Assembly: GCA_001179505.1 (NCBI GenBank)
Contig: CDMY01000495.1
Coordinates: forward strand, 1-64,000
Source of the DNA: Vitrella brassicaformis CCMP3155
Taxonomy: Eukaryota > Protista > Chromerida
DNA length: 64,000 bases
Reading direction: 5' to 3'
Below, one piece after another: positions 60,406 to 64,000 of this stretch. The stretch's first letter is position 1. Each line of letters opens with the position of its first letter. A program made the translations under genes and the position numbers. Under the pieces are notes generated by a model, which had not been told where the DNA came from, searched no databases, and was given only the letters and a program-made list of their open reading frames with translations.

Positions 60406-62398
60406 TCATGTCTGCATCAGCAGCATCTGGGGGGCCGGCTGCCTTTCTCTCTGTCTCTCCTTCGCCATGCCCACATAGTGCCTCTCAGCCTCGTCCCTCC
60501 TCGGCACCACACGCACCTCGTTGATCCGCCTCCCATCGCTCGCCGTCACGTGGAAGTCATACGGCACCTTGCCCAGCAGGATGTGGTCGCCCACAGAGGG
60601 AATCCGCCCGGCCTCGTTGCACAGAAAACCGCTCAGTGTTTGGAAGCTTCTGAAGTCTTCCTCAGTGATGATGGCTCCCAGCTGCTGCCCCAGGACGTTG
60701 CACACGTCTTCAAGTTCGGCGTTGCCCTTTATGGAATAGCAGTCTGTGCTCTCGTCATAGTAGATGAGGGCGCTCTTGGCTCTGCGGGACTGGGAGGGCT
60801 CGGAGGCGCCCTTGAATTCGCTGGACGAGGAGGCGTAGAGCTGATCGTCTTCGCTTTTCATGATCTCTTCTAATATGTCTTCCATCGTCACTGACCGATA
60901 TGCACACAATAGAGACATGGCAGACCCACTCGCAAATGCCATGGTGCGTGTGGGTCTCTCCTTACCAATGCCAGCAGTACCGCCGTATTCATCAGCCACA
61001 AGAACCATGCGCAGATTGCGTTTTCGGATCTCCTGCACACACACACACACACATGGACGGAGAGTGACCAGCCGTAGCATTGGCCCCCCTCCCTCTTTGT
61101 TCATCTGGGCGTACCTGAAAGACGGCGAACACGCTCATGGTCTCGGGCACCACGTACGCCACCCCCATCAGCTGTTCCACGCTTGTGTTGTCGAAACTCG
61201 CCTGCGATGGCGTCCACCTCTCCCCGCCCTCAGTGCCGTGGGGATAGTCGATGTTGATCAGGTCCTTGACACTCAACACGCCCACGATGCGATCGATCTC
61301 ACCGTCAATCACCGGCAGCCGGTGGTGTCGGGTCTCCTGACAAACCTTCAGGAACTCAGAAACAGTGGCCGTCTTGTCGATGGCCACAATGTCCACTCGG
61401 GGACACATGACCTCCTTGATTGCCCGGCTCTGCAGCAGCTCCGCTGTGGCAAATGCACTGCCGGACGCGCCGTCCCCCTGCGCGTCCACCTCCTTTACTA
61501 CTCGCTGCTGTAATGGGGGCAGGGGGAACCGAAGCCCACCAAACCGCGACACAGGCAATCCCAGCACCAGGAGCATCTCACGACACCGGCCGGTAGCCCA
61601 CCGCCATCCCGTCCGCAGAGGGCAGAGCACCCCGTTGATAGCATTGACAGGAGGGAGGACACGGCGGCACACCCACTCTGGCAAAGCGGCGCCCACCGAG
61701 CGAGGCACGAACTCCCCCAAGACGAAGGTGAGAAAGGCCAGCACGGTGATGGCCGAGAGAATCGGCGGCTGCCCCAGCGCCTTGCCACTGCGGAAGAGCT
61801 TGGCAAGATGATGGAGCGGGGCGAGATGGGCTGCCATAACTCGGGACACAGCCACCAACACGAAGACCACAGCTGCGGCTGAGCTGACGAGCGATTGCAG
61901 AGCATAGAGGGTCGCCAGGATGCCGCTGTCGGACGGCTTTTGCAGCGGCACAAACACTGACAGCCTCCCCTCCTTGTCAACGATCTCGTCGATCTCCGAG
62001 GCATCCAGCGATGCAATGGCCGTCTCGGCTGCGTTGAGCAGCACCTGTATGCCGAACAGAGCCACCCACAGGACACACAGCTGGTTGCCGATCACAAAGT
62101 GGCCCGCTCCCATGGCCATCTCCATCAGTCGTCGAAGCACACCAATGGCTGAAGTGACGGGAGTGGGAGCAGTCGGAACGGGAGCAGCTGCCAAGAGGCG
62201 CCCATGCGCGGCAGTGGGGGTTCGCACAGTTGAGAGCGAATAGCAGCGCCGGGACAGAGATGGCGGCGTGGCCTTGCGCGGCCGACTGGTCCATGATGGG
62301 CTGAAAGTGAAGCCGCAGCATTCATTGCTGAGCATCGATGGACCCGTCTGAGTGCCGAGCAGCTGAGAAAAAGTCATCAAAGCACCGATATTCCTCAT
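60406..62398 (-). CDS. CNNM/CorC/HlyC-family Mg2+ transporter (DUF21, two CBS, CorC_HlyC), possibly plastid-targeted
   Basis: AAETAIASL, FVLGEFVPRSVG, IKEVMCPRVDIVAI, HHRLPVIDGEIDRIVGVLSVKDL, VADEYGGTAGI|VTMEDILEEIM, TLSGFLCNEAGRIP. Confidence 0.92.
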
Positions 62399-62613
62399 TC
62401 CTCACACAGATCCAGCCATCACTCAAGCGGCACCAGCGGCAGAGATCCGAATCATTCTTCCGCCACGGTACTCATCATGTTTAGGCGCGGCGATGGCCAG
62501 GAGTGTGTACGCATACCAAGCGCTGCCATGTTTTTGGGCGCAGGGAGGGCGCGAGCTTGGACTGAAGGGAAGCGATCGGAAGAGGCAGAGAAGAAACGGC
62601 GAAAGAGAGAGGA

Positions 62614-63243
62614 ATGAGCGGCATGCGAGGAACCGACAACTGGAAACGGGGATGGACTGTGGTTGTGGCTTCCTGGATGGTCCACTTCAGCAACTTCGTA
62701 AGCGGATGCACGCGAAGGGCACCAAGAGAGAGATGTGTCACTTGTCTTGCTCTTCCTTCCTCTGTGTGTGATGAAAACAGGGAACCCTCTACACATTCGT
62801 AAGGAAAGCACGCCTGAAAGGAAGATCTTGCAGACCTTACTGTGTGCTGATGGATGGCTGCATGCAGGGAGTGTTCTTTCCCTACCTCTTGGACGCCTTC
62901 GGGGAGACCAAGGCCCTCGCCGCACTGGTCGGCTCCGTGTCGGCCTCTGCCTTCTTTTTCTTGGGATTCATCAACGGCGCCTTAGTGATGAAATATGGGC
63001 ACAGAAGGTGCGCCATGTGGATCTGGTTCACTCATGCGATATTTCTTGTTTCTATTCTCTATCTGTCCATCCGTCACATCACCCACCAGTATGGCTCAAG
63101 TGGGTGCGGTGATTGTACTGGGCGGTCTGGTGGCGAGTTCCTTCGTCACTGATTTATGGCAGCTGTTTCTCACATATGGCGTCGTCAGCGGGTTCGGCTT
63201 CGGCCTCAGCTACAGTGCGTTTCTTGCGTGCAGACAGACAGAT

Positions 63244-63274
<31 letters not shown>

Positions 63275-63291
63275 TGCGTGCAATGTCTGCG

Positions 63292-63327
<36 letters not shown>

Positions 63328-64000
63328 TGTCCGCGATAACCATAATCGCCCTGCACTTCGACAGAGACCGAGCCACCGCCACTGGTACGCAAAACATGGC
63401 CCACTCCCCACTGGCTCCATGTGTGATCGTTTCTTCCGTTTTGCAGGTCTGGCTGTGTCGGGCAGCGGCATCGGGACAGTTTCCTTAGCGCCCACCTTCG
63501 ACGCGCTCCTTTCCGCTTTGGGTTGGCGCAATACATTTCGTGTCCAGGCAGCCCTCTGTACGGCCTTGATCTTATTGGCATCAATCTTCTTCTTCAAGAG
63601 GCCGCAGGAGACCGACCGACAGGCACCCCATCAGCAGCAGCAGCACGCAGAAGCCAAGGTCGCCACGTCTCTTCCAGCGAGTGCTGAGCAGAAGCAAGAA
63701 CACCTGGTTCCAAGCTCAGCAGCTGATGACGGCAGGCAGGAAGTCTCGGCGGCGTCTGCTTCGCCTGCGCGGTCTGGTTCAGTGGGGGGAAAGCAGCCCG
63801 TGTCGGTTTATCAGGCGGTGCTATCGGCCTTCGACTGGTCTTTGTTCCGGGACAGCCGATTCCTGATGATCTGGACCGGACAATTCTGCGGCTCATTCGC
63901 CTACCTCGGTGCCATCTCGCACTGGCCCACATGGTCAGTCAGCACTGTTTGGAGAACGCCGTACTCAGTGCCGCACGTCCGCATGTGTGTCTGTGTGTTG
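62614..64000 (+). CDS. MFS transporter, monocarboxylate (SLC16/MCT) family; partial at the window end
   Basis: RGWTVVVASW, GALVMKYGHRR, LFLTYGVVSGFGFGLSY, HFDRDRATATG|LAVSGSGIG, LGWRNTFR. Confidence 0.88.

Noticed and set aside
36971-62398. Bacterial contamination suggested by the bacterial-like oxidoreductase, CorC and GNAT
   Set aside because: All contain spliceosomal introns with the same microsatellite signature as neighbouring eukaryotic genes
1-64000. Hundreds of short six-frame ORFs rich in CVCVCV, THTHTH, DGWMDG or RQTDRQ
   Set aside because: They are translations of intronic (GT)n, (CA)n, (ATGG)n and (GACA)n microsatellites or antisense shadows of GC-rich exons

Overview
Intron-rich, GC-rich eukaryotic nuclear DNA, most likely from the chromerid alga Vitrella brassicaformis. 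This is an inference from the short microsatellite-filled introns, N-termini resembling bipartite plastid presequences, and a pair of 'LSRDEL..QPWELTRHRRRLG' genes that I recognise as a Vitrella-type expanded family. About 25 multi-exon genes can be assembled by hand. They include an animal-type alpha-amylase with a C-terminal anchor, a Cid1/TUTase-family nucleotidyltransferase fused to a degenerate RNase D-like module, PAN/apple, U-box and G3BP-like proteins, TMEM43, DNAAF1/ODA7, PrxQ, a TPK K+ channel, a bacterial-type FAD oxidoreductase, a PARP1-like zinc-finger protein without a catalytic domain, an RBR E3 ligase, Pol iota, an inverted paralog pair, a GNAT, CNNM/CorC and an MCT-type MFS transporter. 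There are four ~300-N gaps, each next to a C run. No rRNA, tRNA, CRISPR array or transposase was seen. Top lead: the TUTase has an ASAF motif followed by a transit-peptide-like segment, making it a candidate for the enzyme behind chromerid plastid mRNA poly(U) tailing, which to my knowledge is unidentified. Gene models are manual and outer boundaries are approximate.
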